From an uncultured Candidatus Saccharibacteria bacterium (lineage in GTDB: Bacteria > Patescibacteriota > UBA1384 > CAILIB01 > JAUSJZ01), in contig CAYQWZ010000003.1 of NCBI GenBank assembly GCA_964421635.1, positions 65,712-129,711 of the forward strand: DNA of 64,000 bases, written 5' to 3'. The position numbers and the translations under genes were made by a program. Of the stretch, positions 27,135-37,511 are shown in pieces. How positions within the stretch are numbered: the stretch's first letter is position 1; each line of letters starts with the position of its first letter. Below the pieces are notes generated by a model, which saw only the letters and a program-made list of their open reading frames with translations, made no database searches and had not been told where the DNA came from.

Positions 27135-27623
27135 TCAGGTGGGTGCTCTGAAGGCCAAAACGATGTCTGGTCTGAGCCGGAATGTGTATTCTTCGTTACG
27201 AGGAATGAAAGTAGTCGGAGGGTCAGCAATGATAGCTTCTGCTTCGAGAGGAACGAAGAACCAAGGCATACAATCTCTCCATTCAAATAAGGAGAGGTTT
27301 GCTCGTTGGAGTATGTCTTTAACAGTAGGGAGCTGAGATAGTAGCCAGGCAATCTCTTCTTTGCTTAACATTTGTGGCAGTCTCTTCCAAGCAAGACTAT
27401 GCAACCACAGCGTGTCGCAGCCTTCTTGTAGGGTTAATCCATCTTCTTGTCGAAGAAAACCAGGGACGCTTAGCAAAACTCGTAGACCAGAAACGGTAAA
27501 GTAATTCTCTTCTGGAGTGTCAGATCTTCGAAAATCAATATCGTAATTATTTACCTTACCATCACAACAAATCTGAACTGCTCCAGCTGTCCATCCTCTA
27601 CTTATGCCATTGGCATGATTCAT
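27135..27623 (-). CDS. Hypothetical protein. Start chosen at MNHANGISRGW, which has an AAGGAGG Shine-Dalgarno sequence; the ORF extends to 27677.
   Basis: ORF with a strong RBS, no recognisable motif, slightly elevated GC. Confidence 0.35.
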   Translation of the reverse strand: MNHANGISRGWTAGAVQICCDGKVNNYDIDFRRSDTPEENYFTVSGLRVLLSVPGFLRQEDGLTLQEGCDTLWLHSLAWKRLPQMLSKEEIAWLLSQLPTVKDILQRANLSLFEWRDCMPWFFVPLEAEAIIADPPTTFIPRNEEYTFRLRPDIVLAFRAPT

Positions 27624-27680
27624 GTTTGCCTCCTTGGCAACAATTATATTTTGCCCATAAAGTGGGTGTATAATCAAGTT

Positions 27681-28409
27681 ATGACTACATTAATTACGGG
27701 TGCAGCTAATGGTTTAGGCCAGCAAATTGGCATTGCGTTAAATAAGCTAGGGCATGAGTTAGTACTAATGGATAAAGATGAGACGGCGCTAGTTAAATTC
27801 TGTGGCACACTAAGGCGAGTTACATACTTTGTGGCAGATATAACCAAGGAAGACGAAATAAAGGCAATTTCTGAAAAGTTGAAAGAGCAAAAAATTAGTT
27901 TAGACAATATCATTAATAATGCAGGTGTGGCATATTACCATAATTTAGTTGACATGCCAGCTAGTGAATTTAAAAAACAGCTTGATGTTAATATTTTAGG
28001 ATCCTTCTTAATAACCAAGCATTTTGTACCCGAACTGATTGCCAAAAAAAGCGGATCAGTAATAAATATTGGTTCGCGTATGGCTTATCTTTTTGAAGCC
28101 GAGCGTTCAGGCTATTGTGCTTCAAAATTTGGTTTACGGGGTATGTCACTGTGTTTTTCTGAAGAAGCAAAAGAGCACCAAGTGAAAGTTACTGTTATTG
28201 AACCAGACAGTATTTTGACAAATTTTAATAACGATTTACAAAACAAGCTTGATCGCCAAAAGAAAGGGGAAGCATTTTTGAACCCTGAAGAGGTGGCGCA
28301 GTTTGTGGCTAATCTTATTGCGGGCGAGGTTGACTGGCATACTGAATTTAAACTTTTAGCTAAACCCTCTGGCATGGAAATAGTGGGTGAAGACCTAGAT
28401 TCTATTTAG
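27681..28409 (+). CDS. Short-chain dehydrogenase/reductase (SDR). Probably leaderless, with TGTATAAT located 8 nt before the ATG.
   Basis: TGAANGLGQQIG (TGxxxGxG), NAG, YCASK (YxxxK). Confidence 0.8.
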   Translation: MTTLITGAANGLGQQIGIALNKLGHELVLMDKDETALVKFCGTLRRVTYFVADITKEDEIKAISEKLKEQKISLDNIINNAGVAYYHNLVDMPASEFKKQLDVNILGSFLITKHFVPELIAKKSGSVINIGSRMAYLFEAERSGYCASKFGLRGMSLCFSEEAKEHQVKVTVIEPDSILTNFNNDLQNKLDRQKKGEAFLNPEEVAQFVANLIAGEVDWHTEFKLLAKPSGMEIVGEDLDSI

Positions 28410-28417
28410 TTTAATTG

Positions 28418-30202
28418 TTAGGGCAAGAAAAATCTTTTTTTTCTAAAAATTGGGCGGGCCAAAAAATCTGCTAACACGCCGAGCCAAAATAACGGATGCC
28501 AATTAACATAAACCTGCTTTGGCAGGTATTTTCTTTTAAAAGTAAAGTATTGCATAATGGGAATTTCTTGAGAAGCAATTAATCCTAAAGAAAAAATTAG
28601 ACGAGCTTTGTTTTTGTATGACAGTTTTGCTGGACGATTAATTCTCAAATAGCTGCTGCTTTGTATGCCAATGTTTTTGCGCATCATAGATAGGCAGAAA
28701 GATAATGAAAGAGCGGAGTAATCTTGAAATTTTGAATTAAATAAATTACTAAGTGGCAAGTCTTTTGGTTTTATTACTAGCAAGTTCAAGACATCTATAG
28801 CTTTGGGGCCATCTGTAGTGTAGCCGTAAATAATTTGGTCGGGTAGCATGTTTTGTAGCCGTTCTCTAAATTTGTAATCTATTGTGCAATTACTGCCAAA
28901 ACATACTAAGTAGTCGAAAGATAAATTTGCTAGCTGTGAGTTAAGCTCGGTGGCTAAATTAGTAGAACAATTTTTTAAAACTGTATTTGGTGGAAATTGA
29001 GCATCGCGTAGTTGTTTATAAGTGAGATAATTTTGTGGAATGAGAGTCAGTTGGTCTTTTTCAGAATCAAAGCTAAGACTTTGAAGCAGGCAATGAAGCT
29101 GTTTTATGCTGGTTATCGAATGAAGTACATAGTTTATTGCTAGCGAAGTTTTTATAAGATTTGTGGAATTTTGTAAGCTGGCGGAATTTTGAAGATAGAT
29201 TTTGGACGGCTTTTGCGTGGCAATTTTTAGACCATGGCGCCAATTGACCTCAAATTGTTGGGCGGGCGATAAATATTGTGGATGAGCCAGACTGGTAACA
29301 GCTATTGAATGATATTGATCTTGATATTTTTTAATAAATGGAACGACGCACTGCTCAATTAAATTAGTATTTTGAGCATTGTTGATAAATATTAAAGATT
29401 TTATATTTTTATCACTATCTTGAGCCAACATGGCTGTGAGTCTCTGTTTTAGGTGTTGACCAGAACCACTAACAGAAATTAAAAAGGATGACGCAGGCAA
29501 GGTGTAGAAGGATTCATATTTTTTATGAACATACTGTCGGCAGGCTAAAATCTTAGCAAAATGTTGCGTGGTATTTTTTTTAGCTGATGAAACATAGTAG
29601 CGATAAATTGGTTTATCAATAAATTGATAACGAAGTTTGTGAGATAAATTATTTAAATGAAAGTCCCAATCTTCTTCAGAATAGGGAATATCTTTATCCC
29701 AAGGGTTTTTGGGCAAAGCTACTTTCTTTACAGCACAGCAAGTATCAATAGAGCTAATAAGATACAGACTAGAAAAAGATGGTAAATAAGAGTTAAAAAT
29801 AGCCTGATTTGCTTCTATTGATCCAAAATTTAAAGCTTGCCCAAAAACCACCTCAGCTTGGTTATTCATAATTGGAACGACAGTTTCAGAAAAAAAGTTT
29901 GGCAGTAGCTGGTTATCGGCGTCTAAATAGATAATAATCTGACCGCGCGACAATCTCGTTCCCAAGTTCCGCGCGACACTCGGGCTTTGAGCGCTAATGC
30001 GTCTAAATTGAAAATTAACATCTGTAAATTGTCGCATTACTACCTCTGGATTATCTTGAGAATTATCATCAATCAAGACAATTTCATACGCCAATTTAGC
30101 GGTCTGTTTAGTAACGGAATTGATGGCAGTAGCCAAAAACAGCCGGTGATTATGACAAGGAATAACGACACTAATTAAAGGTGGAGTTGTATTATTTGAC
30201 AT
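28418..30202 (-). CDS. Family 2 glycosyltransferase with a large C-terminal domain of unknown function.
   Basis: ISVVIPCHNH...YEIVLIDDNSQD...DADN (GT2 DxD). Confidence 0.7.
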   Translation of the reverse strand: MSNNTTPPLISVVIPCHNHRLFLATAINSVTKQTAKLAYEIVLIDDNSQDNPEVVMRQFTDVNFQFRRISAQSPSVARNLGTRLSRGQIIIYLDADNQLLPNFFSETVVPIMNNQAEVVFGQALNFGSIEANQAIFNSYLPSFSSLYLISSIDTCCAVKKVALPKNPWDKDIPYSEEDWDFHLNNLSHKLRYQFIDKPIYRYYVSSAKKNTTQHFAKILACRQYVHKKYESFYTLPASSFLISVSGSGQHLKQRLTAMLAQDSDKNIKSLIFINNAQNTNLIEQCVVPFIKKYQDQYHSIAVTSLAHPQYLSPAQQFEVNWRHGLKIATQKPSKIYLQNSASLQNSTNLIKTSLAINYVLHSITSIKQLHCLLQSLSFDSEKDQLTLIPQNYLTYKQLRDAQFPPNTVLKNCSTNLATELNSQLANLSFDYLVCFGSNCTIDYKFRERLQNMLPDQIIYGYTTDGPKAIDVLNLLVIKPKDLPLSNLFNSKFQDYSALSLSFCLSMMRKNIGIQSSSYLRINRPAKLSYKNKARLIFSLGLIASQEIPIMQYFTFKRKYLPKQVYVNWHPLFWLGVLADFLARPIFRKKRFFLP

Positions 30203-30898
30203 TCAACCGCTTTGTTTATACTGTTCAATTACTTTTTTAGGGCAACCGTCGGCAATAATTTTACCATTTTTTATGTATATGACGCGAGTTGCTATATTGA
30301 CTAAATTATCTAGCTGATGAGTGGCCAAAATTATAGTGCATTTCTGCTTTCTTAAGGATTCAAATTTCTTAGTCGCTTTGGCTGAAAAATTTTTATCTCC
30401 AACCGAAATAATTTCGTCTAAGCAAATTAATTTAGGATTTCCCATTGTCGCCACCGAATAAGCTAATTTCATGCGCATACCGCTAGAATAATGACTAAGT
30501 GGCTCTTGAATAACATGAGCTAAACCAGAGAATCTAATAATTGAGTCAAGGTGAGCTTTAATCTCCCTTTTTTCTATGCCAATTATGGCGCCAAAGTAAA
30601 AGATATTCTGTACACCGGTTGCTTCATATACCAGATTTTGGGTTAACTCAATAATTGTGCGAGGCATTACTTGCCGTTTAATTAATCCTTTATCTATGTC
30701 TAAAGTGCCGCCAATGGCGCGCAGAAGGGTGGTTTTGCCGCATCCGTTAGGCCCAATGACCCCGATTACTTCTTGCTCAAAAATATCGAAGCTGACCCTG
30801 TCGAGCGCCTTGACGAGCTGACGGCTGCCCTTGCCAGCCTGTGGGGACAGATATTGCTTGGTGACAGAGTTTAGAGTTATTAATGGATTATTCGACAT
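30203..30898 (-). CDS. ABC transporter ATP-binding protein (polysaccharide/teichoic-acid export type).
   Basis: Walker A GPNGCGKTT, signature LSSGMRMKL, Walker B ICLDE. Confidence 0.85.
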   Translation of the reverse strand: MSNNPLITLNSVTKQYLSPQAGKGSRQLVKALDRVSFDIFEQEVIGVIGPNGCGKTTLLRAIGGTLDIDKGLIKRQVMPRTIIELTQNLVYEATGVQNIFYFGAIIGIEKREIKAHLDSIIRFSGLAHVIQEPLSHYSSGMRMKLAYSVATMGNPKLICLDEIISVGDKNFSAKATKKFESLRKQKCTIILATHQLDNLVNIATRVIYIKNGKIIADGCPKKVIEQYKQSG

Positions 30899-31700
30899 CG
30901 TAAACTTTTTTTTGATTTCGCATAAAGAAAAAATTGGTCAAAATTAACAGAACGACAGACATTAGAAAGATTTTAATTAATTTGTCAGAGTCGAATGTAT
31001 TGGTCAGCATTATTTGGCGAAAGCTAGCGAGCATATGTACTAAAGGATTCAAATTGACGAACCATAGTTTGGGTGCAATTAAGGTTGCCGGATAAAAAAT
31101 AGGGGAAGACCAGAACCAAATAGAGAGAATGAACGAAATAAGGTGGCCAAAATCGCGAACGAAAATGTTGATTAAAGAGAAAAACAGACTGAGGGCGTAT
31201 ACAAAAATAAACAGACAGATGGCGAACAGAATAAGAGCCAAAATATTTATCTGTGTTTGCAGCTGAAGAGCGAAGACAATTATTAGTACTACAGCTGTGT
31301 CGGTTAAAAAATCAATAAATTTAACAATGGTATTAGAAAGGGGGAGCAAGAAGAGAGGAAGATAATTATTCTTGACTAATCCTTTATTCATAATGAAAGT
31401 ATTCATTGACTGAATAATAGTACGAGAGACGAAATTCCAGACAGTTAAGCCCGATAATATAATGACGGGCAGCTCTATTGTTTCGGTACCGGGAGCTTTC
31501 AGACCAATTACCTTAACCAAAAAGAAAGAGATGACCAAGGCTTGAATAATTGGGGTCAAGATAATCCATAGCCAACCCAAAACGGTGAATTTGTAGCGGG
31601 AACGGATCTCTTTCTGAGTTAACACAATTAGTCGTTCAAAGTTGATTTTGAACCAGTATTTGCGCGGCGGCGATAAGTGCTTAGTTAATGCTGTAGCCAC
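30888..31700 (-). CDS. ABC-2 type transporter permease (Wzm/TagG-like).
   Basis: Six TM helices. Overlaps the ATPase gene. Typical operon partner. Confidence 0.7.
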   Translation of the reverse strand: MATALTKHLSPPRKYWFKINFERLIVLTQKEIRSRYKFTVLGWLWIILTPIIQALVISFFLVKVIGLKAPGTETIELPVIILSGLTVWNFVSRTIIQSMNTFIMNKGLVKNNYLPLFLLPLSNTIVKFIDFLTDTAVVLIIVFALQLQTQINILALILFAICLFIFVYALSLFFSLINIFVRDFGHLISFILSIWFWSSPIFYPATLIAPKLWFVNLNPLVHMLASFRQIMLTNTFDSDKLIKIFLMSVVLLILTNFFFMRNQKKVYDVE

Positions 31701-31712
31701 ATATAAAGTATA

Positions 31713-33284
31713 TCAAGATGAGGTGGCTTTGGTAATTTTTCTTTTCAATTTTGGGGGTTGGGCGGCGGCGGGCAGAGTTATAACGAAAGATGTTCCAATA
31801 GAATTGTTTTTAGCTTCTATACCGCCGCCGTGCTGTTCAATAATCCATTTTACTAGGGGGAGTCCTAGTCCAGCGCTACCGGCAATGTTTTTAGTTTTTT
31901 TGTCCTGAAAATAAGTGTCGAAGATTTTTTTGTTTGCCGATTTGCTGATTCCGCATCCTTCATCAGCAATAGTGATTTTTACTTGATTCTCAATTTTTTT
32001 AGCCTCAATCGATATTTTAGAATTTTCAGGTGAAAATTTTTGAGCGTTGTCCACCAAATTAATCAAAGCCTCAAAAAAATAGTTGGTATCAATCTCGGTA
32101 TAACAGTTATCTTCTAGTGAAAAAACAATTTTGTGTGATGGAGCAAGAGATTTAATTTCGCCTGACCATGAACGAATCAGTTTTTTAATATTGGTATTTC
32201 GAGGCTGAATTTTAGCTAATTTTGAGTCAATTTTAGTATTTTGCACAATATTATGTACGGTTCTATAGGTAGCGTTGATTATGTTTTCAATATCCTGAAT
32301 ATCCTTTTTTATTAACTTGTTTTTATTTTTTGCAGTTCTGATTTTTGTTTGGGCAATTATTAGAGGGCCTTTAAGACGGTGCGCGACGTCGGATATGAAA
32401 TTCATGTTAGCTTTATGAACTTTTTCTAATTCTAGGTGCTCGAGCTCTTTTCTATTGATCTTGTTGACAATGTCCCAGCTGGCGAAAACAACTAATAGAA
32501 AAAGAAGGATTTTATATGTCAGAAGATTGCTTGGGGCGGCAATAGCAGCTGCTGTAGTAATCGTTAGCAGGGTTGTATAGAAGACAATTTCTTTCGCTAC
32601 AATACGGATGTCGAAGAGTTGGTGTTTATATATTGCAAAAGACAGAACAAGTACAAAAAAGAAGCCTGAGAGAAAAGGAAATGGATAAATACTAATATTA
32701 TATGCAGGCAGAAAAGCTAATGGGCCAATAGTGAATAATATAATAAAAGCTAGATATACAAGTTTGGTTTGGTTGGCAATATTTTTGTTTTTTTGTTTAC
32801 TTTTTTTATAGTGCAAATGTAAATTTCTAAGCATTCCAAGTGTATGAATAGTGAACCATAATAAGAAAATATGATGCCATATTTGAGCTTGTGTATGAAC
32901 ACCCCAAGGATAATAGAATAAGTCTTTTACAAAGTAGTCTGTTCGACTCATTATTAGGAATGTGAATGCTCCAAAATATGAGAAAGGAAGTAATTTACTT
33001 TGATTGTTGAGCTTTGTATAGGCAATACTGAAATGATAAACAAGTGTTGGTATGAAGACGACTCCGAGGTAAATAAATCTATCCCAAAAAATTTGTTGCG
33101 TAGAGAATTCAGATATAAACAACATAAAAGTGCCAAACAGCCATATAACAATTGAGATACTAAAAAAGATAAATATAGAATTTAAATCGTTCTTTCTATT
33201 CTTTTTATAAACAGCTAAAGAGAAAAGCAAAACAAGAATTGCGCTAATTAGTGGAAAGAAATCAGAGGTGTTAAATATTGGCAT
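31713..33284 (-). CDS. Membrane sensor histidine kinase (multi-TM N-terminal sensor).
   Basis: H-box FISDVAHRLKGPL and HATPase_c motifs (LVDNAQKFS...DEGCGI...GSAGLGLPLVK). Confidence 0.8.
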   Translation of the reverse strand: MPIFNTSDFFPLISAILVLLFSLAVYKKNRKNDLNSIFIFFSISIVIWLFGTFMLFISEFSTQQIFWDRFIYLGVVFIPTLVYHFSIAYTKLNNQSKLLPFSYFGAFTFLIMSRTDYFVKDLFYYPWGVHTQAQIWHHIFLLWFTIHTLGMLRNLHLHYKKSKQKNKNIANQTKLVYLAFIILFTIGPLAFLPAYNISIYPFPFLSGFFFVLVLSFAIYKHQLFDIRIVAKEIVFYTTLLTITTAAAIAAPSNLLTYKILLFLLVVFASWDIVNKINRKELEHLELEKVHKANMNFISDVAHRLKGPLIIAQTKIRTAKNKNKLIKKDIQDIENIINATYRTVHNIVQNTKIDSKLAKIQPRNTNIKKLIRSWSGEIKSLAPSHKIVFSLEDNCYTEIDTNYFFEALINLVDNAQKFSPENSKISIEAKKIENQVKITIADEGCGISKSANKKIFDTYFQDKKTKNIAGSAGLGLPLVKWIIEQHGGGIEAKNNSIGTSFVITLPAAAQPPKLKRKITKATSS

Positions 33285-33285
33285 T

Positions 33286-34839
33286 CTAATTATCTGCTAC
33301 TTGTTTGTTAATTAACCTGTTTTTTTTGTGGAGTGGTTTTTCTAAACATGGAAGGACAAGAGAGAAGGTTGTTCCACAATTTTTATTATTGTGTTTAATA
33401 GTACTTTCTACCAATATTTTACCGCCGTGCTGCTCGACGACCCATTTGACAAGGGGTAATCCTAATCCGGCGCTACCAGCAACTGTGGTTTTGTTTTTTC
33501 CTTGATAATGTCGTCGGAAAACTTTTTTCAATTCAGATTTATCTATTCCTGATCCTTCATCGGCAATTGATAGGTAAAGAAGATTAGAATCCTTTTTTAA
33601 TTGAATGGTGATTTTGCTTTTTGGTGGTGAGAATTTTCGAGCGTTATCTATAATGTTGGTTAATGCTTCCAATAGGTAGCCGCGATCTATTGAAGCATGA
33701 CAATTTGGTTCGGTTTGGAAAATTATTTTGTGATCTGGAGCCAAGGATTCTAAGTAAGTGAGTTGATGTTTTAGAAAGTCTGACAAATTGGTTGGCTGTT
33801 TGCGGATTGTTGCCATACCAAAATCAATTTTGCTGTTTTGGACAATGTTCTTTACGGTGTTGGTGGTCGCTAGTGATATTTCAGCGATTCCTTTTAATTC
33901 AGGTTGATAATTCTTTTTATTTTTTATTGCTTTGTTTGCTTTAGTGTTGATAATTACCAAAGGGCCTTTTAAGCGATGAGCGACATCTGAAATAAATTCC
34001 ATGTTAGCCTTGTATTCTCGTTGGAGATTTTTATACTGTGAGATATCTTTTCGGTTTTGTTTAGTTATATCTGTGAGGGCGACAATTGCAATAAAGGTTA
34101 CGAAAAGTTTTGTAAACATGGGAGTTGTGTTAGATAGAATAGTGAATGAAAATAAATGAAAAAAGAGCAATAGGGCAAAAAACTTGATAAGGGAATGATT
34201 GAGCTTGCTATCCTTTGTTTTAAAGGAACTAAAATAAATGAAAATGCTGAATATTAATGATGAGATTGGGCCAATGAAGACTAAATTTTCTTGGCCGACC
34301 AGAGGTAGGTAAAGGTCAGTTGTGCTGGCAATTAATGCAAAAGTGATAAAACCGATAAAAATAAATCGGTTACTAATTTTATTTTTACTATTATCTTTTA
34401 TAACAAATATTATTTGGGCGAGAATAGATACTGCGATGAAGACTGCGTATATATAGGTGAAATTATTAGTATCTGAAATTATTATTCCATTGATAATCTC
34501 TGAGTTAGGGAATATTCCAGGATTAACAGTTACGACAGCTAACAAAAGAGCAATAATACCAATAAGTATTAATATTTTATGATTAATTTTTGCTTTGGTT
34601 GATTGATAAAAAAATAAGAAAGAGGTTAGAGCAATAAATAATCCTGCAGTACCAATTAGTTTTTGGAAAACGTCAATTTCTGTTAAGTAGTACAAGAAAT
34701 ATGTGAAGTTGTACAAGCATAATGATAGCAGTATATATAAATAGTAAAGACGGATTTTATCTTTAATAGAAATTGAGAACGCAAAAGATAAGTGAATTAT
34801 AGCTGTAGAAAGAAGTATTAATTGAACATCACTCATCAA
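33286..34839 (-). CDS. Membrane sensor histidine kinase, tandem paralog of 31713..33284.
   Basis: H-box FISDVAHRLKGPLVI and N/G boxes (IIDNARKFS...DEGSGI...GSAGLGLPLVK). Confidence 0.8.
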   Translation of the reverse strand: MMSDVQLILLSTAIIHLSFAFSISIKDKIRLYYLYILLSLCLYNFTYFLYYLTEIDVFQKLIGTAGLFIALTSFLFFYQSTKAKINHKILILIGIIALLLAVVTVNPGIFPNSEIINGIIISDTNNFTYIYAVFIAVSILAQIIFVIKDNSKNKISNRFIFIGFITFALIASTTDLYLPLVGQENLVFIGPISSLIFSIFIYFSSFKTKDSKLNHSLIKFFALLLFFHLFSFTILSNTTPMFTKLFVTFIAIVALTDITKQNRKDISQYKNLQREYKANMEFISDVAHRLKGPLVIINTKANKAIKNKKNYQPELKGIAEISLATTNTVKNIVQNSKIDFGMATIRKQPTNLSDFLKHQLTYLESLAPDHKIIFQTEPNCHASIDRGYLLEALTNIIDNARKFSPPKSKITIQLKKDSNLLYLSIADEGSGIDKSELKKVFRRHYQGKNKTTVAGSAGLGLPLVKWVVEQHGGKILVESTIKHNNKNCGTTFSLVLPCLEKPLHKKNRLINKQVADN

Positions 34840-34873
34840 TATGAGTGTTAGCAGAAAGTAGATGAAGAATCAA

Positions 34874-35977
34874 TTAACTTTTAGATTTTTTTAGTTGGTT
34901 TGCAACAACCTTGAAGGGTTCGTCGAAAGACTTAATATTGGCGGTATCATCTTGCTTATCAATTTTTGGTTTGATATACGCATACAACTGTGGTTTTTCT
35001 GATTTAAAATATGCTAAATTTTTCTTAATTAATGGCAAATTTGAAGGTGGTAGGCTATTGTTTATTAGTTGCGCCTTAGCTTTTATTAGTTGGAGAGTTA
35101 TATCTGGTGGACCAAGGTTTCCTGTTGCGATAAGAAAATTATTGGTTTGTAGTCTCCTCATCTTTTTTAAAATTGTATTCTTGAGGTGTTTATCAAGATT
35201 TGTTTCAGAAATTATAGCTTGATCAATTAGCTTTGTAATATTATTAGGTTCGGTCAAATGATTAATTTTGCCTTTCTTGTGTATACACCTGATAATTTTA
35301 TTACATAGACGATCTACAGATGTAAAACCCATAAAGCTTGTGAGAAGAGCCACTTCATTATAAGTGTAATTACCACTTTCTCCACCATCAAGAGTAATTA
35401 TTTGTATATCAGAGGATCGTTTTTGTATTATTACAGGTGAAAATATACATAATCCTGGTTTGATTTCAATTACTTTCAACTTGTCACGCAAACCCCTTTG
35501 GAGTAGTAAATTCATTGAAGTAATAATGCCAGCTATGGCAGCTTTATTGATAATTGGTAAATTAGCTTGTTTTTCACCATGTGTAAATGGAATATTAAAC
35601 CCCAAACCACCTGAGCCCGTTGTTCCAATTTGAACATAAGTACATTTTTTCTCTAAAGATGTGAATATTTCAAAAAGATTAGCAAAAAAAGTTATAATTT
35701 TATTTACATCTGCTATTCCATTTTTTGAGCAGATAGTGGCCATGTTAACAGAATTAATTATCAGATCTGGTTTGGTTGATTGAATAATGAATGTTAATTT
35801 TTTATTATCAAAAATGTCATAAAACAAATATTTAACATTGTGCAATTTTCTTTTTACTGAAATGTCTATTACAATAAGGTCGTAGTTATCGACTAGTTTG
35901 GCTGTAAGATTCCTTCCGACAAGGCCATTACCTCCAAACACAAGAGCGGTTTTTTTATGGGTTATATTTTTCAACAT
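34874..35977 (-). CDS. NAD(P)-binding Rossmann-fold protein, function unknown (saccharopine-dehydrogenase/epimerase-like).
   Basis: N-terminal TALVFGGNGLVGRNL (GxxGxxG). The remainder has no clear motif. Confidence 0.4.
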   Translation of the reverse strand: MLKNITHKKTALVFGGNGLVGRNLTAKLVDNYDLIVIDISVKRKLHNVKYLFYDIFDNKKLTFIIQSTKPDLIINSVNMATICSKNGIADVNKIITFFANLFEIFTSLEKKCTYVQIGTTGSGGLGFNIPFTHGEKQANLPIINKAAIAGIITSMNLLLQRGLRDKLKVIEIKPGLCIFSPVIIQKRSSDIQIITLDGGESGNYTYNEVALLTSFMGFTSVDRLCNKIIRCIHKKGKINHLTEPNNITKLIDQAIISETNLDKHLKNTILKKMRRLQTNNFLIATGNLGPPDITLQLIKAKAQLINNSLPPSNLPLIKKNLAYFKSEKPQLYAYIKPKIDKQDDTANIKSFDEPFKVVANQLKKSKS

Positions 35978-35978
35978 T

Positions 35979-37511
35979 ATGTCAACCTACTTTCCATTAA
36001 TACCATATTATTCAAGGAGAGCATATCAAATATTAAAGCAGTCAAAGAATTCTTTTTTTTCCGCGTTAACATATTTTAATGTTGATTTTGCATATAATTA
36101 CATAACAAAATCAACACCAAATGTCATTATTAGAGATGGTGTAATTTCAGAAAGAAAGCTTGGCGAATATATTTGTTTAAAAGTGCCTGCATATAAACGT
36201 TTGTTAAAAGAAAATAGGGTAGATAAACCTGTGATTGATAAAGAAAATTATCTATTAGAAAATGATTTTACTGATATGTTACCAAATGGTGATATTGGTT
36301 ATGCTGATGTGATATCGGTTAGTTCTGGCTCTAGTGGTAAACCATTTTTTTGGCCACGTGGCAAATATCTTGAATTAGAAACGACTATTATCCATGAAAT
36401 ATTATTGAAATATGTGTTTGATATTGATAAAAAACACACATTATTTATTAACGCATATTCTATGGGAATGTATGTTGCTGGTGTTTTTACCAACAATGCA
36501 GTAACAAGAATTGCTGAAAGAGGCTACAATATCAGCATTATTAATCCGGGAATTTCTGAAAAAGATATTATCAGAATAATAAAGGAAATAGGAAGAGCAT
36601 ATGACCAAATTATTATTAGTGGTTACCCGCCTTTTATTTTAGATGTTATAGAAGCTGGTAGAAATGAAGGAATCAAGTGGAAGGAAAAAGATTTGAAATT
36701 TATATTTGGTGCTGAAGCTATTAGTGAAGAATGGAGGAATAATTTATTAAAATTAATCGGAGACACAAATAAATATTTTTCTAGCTTTAATACATATGGT
36801 TCAGCTGATCTTGCTATGCTTGGTCACGAAACACCTTTTAGTATTTTCATTAAAGATCAACTAGTTAAAAACAAACATTTGTATAAAACAATACTAAATT
36901 CCCGTTCAATATCTACATTGGTACAATATCATCCATCATTAAAACACTTTAATGAAAAAAATGGTGAGTTATTTTGCTCAGGGCTCGGTGGAATACCACT
37001 ATATAATTACAATTTACATGATCATGGCTCAGTTTATACCATTGAAGATATGATTGGTCTTTTTGAATCTGTAGGTGTTAATATAATTAAATTAGCAGAA
37101 AAAGAAAATATACCAATTTGGAATCTTCCTTTCGTTGTTCTTTTTGGTAAGAGTGATCAGACAGTTACATTGTATGGTTTAAATGTTTATCCTCAAACAA
37201 TAAGGAAAGCACTTGAATCAAAAGAATTAATTGATTTTGTGACAGCAAGATCTACTATATCAACAGAATATAAGAAAAGAGGGACACAATATTTGAAAGT
37301 AATTGTTGAGTTGAAAAAAGGGGAAAGGGTATCAAATAGTAAAAGGAATAAAATATCTGAAAAAGTATTCCAAATATTATTTGAAGATAATTATGAATAT
37401 AGAACGCTTTATCAAAAAATAGGTGATAAGGCTAAACCAGTTATTAAGCTAGTGATGTATGGTAGGATTGCTGAAAATAGGGGAATAAAACAACAATGGA
37501 TAAAGAGATAA
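35979..37511 (+). CDS. Adenylate-forming enzyme of the ANL superfamily (PaaK/F390-synthetase/CapK-like acyl-CoA ligase). The ORF opens at 35898 but the first ATG is at 35979.
   Basis: Phosphate-binding loop VSSGSSGKPFFWPRG (the SSGTTGKP equivalent) and a YGSAD (YGxTE-like) motif. Confidence 0.55.
   Translation: MSTYFPLIPYYSRRAYQILKQSKNSFFSALTYFNVDFAYNYITKSTPNVIIRDGVISERKLGEYICLKVPAYKRLLKENRVDKPVIDKENYLLENDFTDMLPNGDIGYADVISVSSGSSGKPFFWPRGKYLELETTIIHEILLKYVFDIDKKHTLFINAYSMGMYVAGVFTNNAVTRIAERGYNISIINPGISEKDIIRIIKEIGRAYDQIIISGYPPFILDVIEAGRNEGIKWKEKDLKFIFGAEAISEEWRNNLLKLIGDTNKYFSSFNTYGSADLAMLGHETPFSIFIKDQLVKNKHLYKTILNSRSISTLVQYHPSLKHFNEKNGELFCSGLGGIPLYNYNLHDHGSVYTIEDMIGLFESVGVNIIKLAEKENIPIWNLPFVVLFGKSDQTVTLYGLNVYPQTIRKALESKELIDFVTARSTISTEYKKRGTQYLKVIVELKKGERVSNSKRNKISEKVFQILFEDNYEYRTLYQKIGDKAKPVIKLVMYGRIAENRGIKQQWIKR

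Noticed and set aside
35898-35978. N-terminal 27 codons of track ORF 35898..37511
   Set aside because: This segment overlaps the opposite-strand Rossmann gene and starts with a non-ATG codon. The first ATG at 35979 gives an N-terminus of appropriate length before the P-loop motif.
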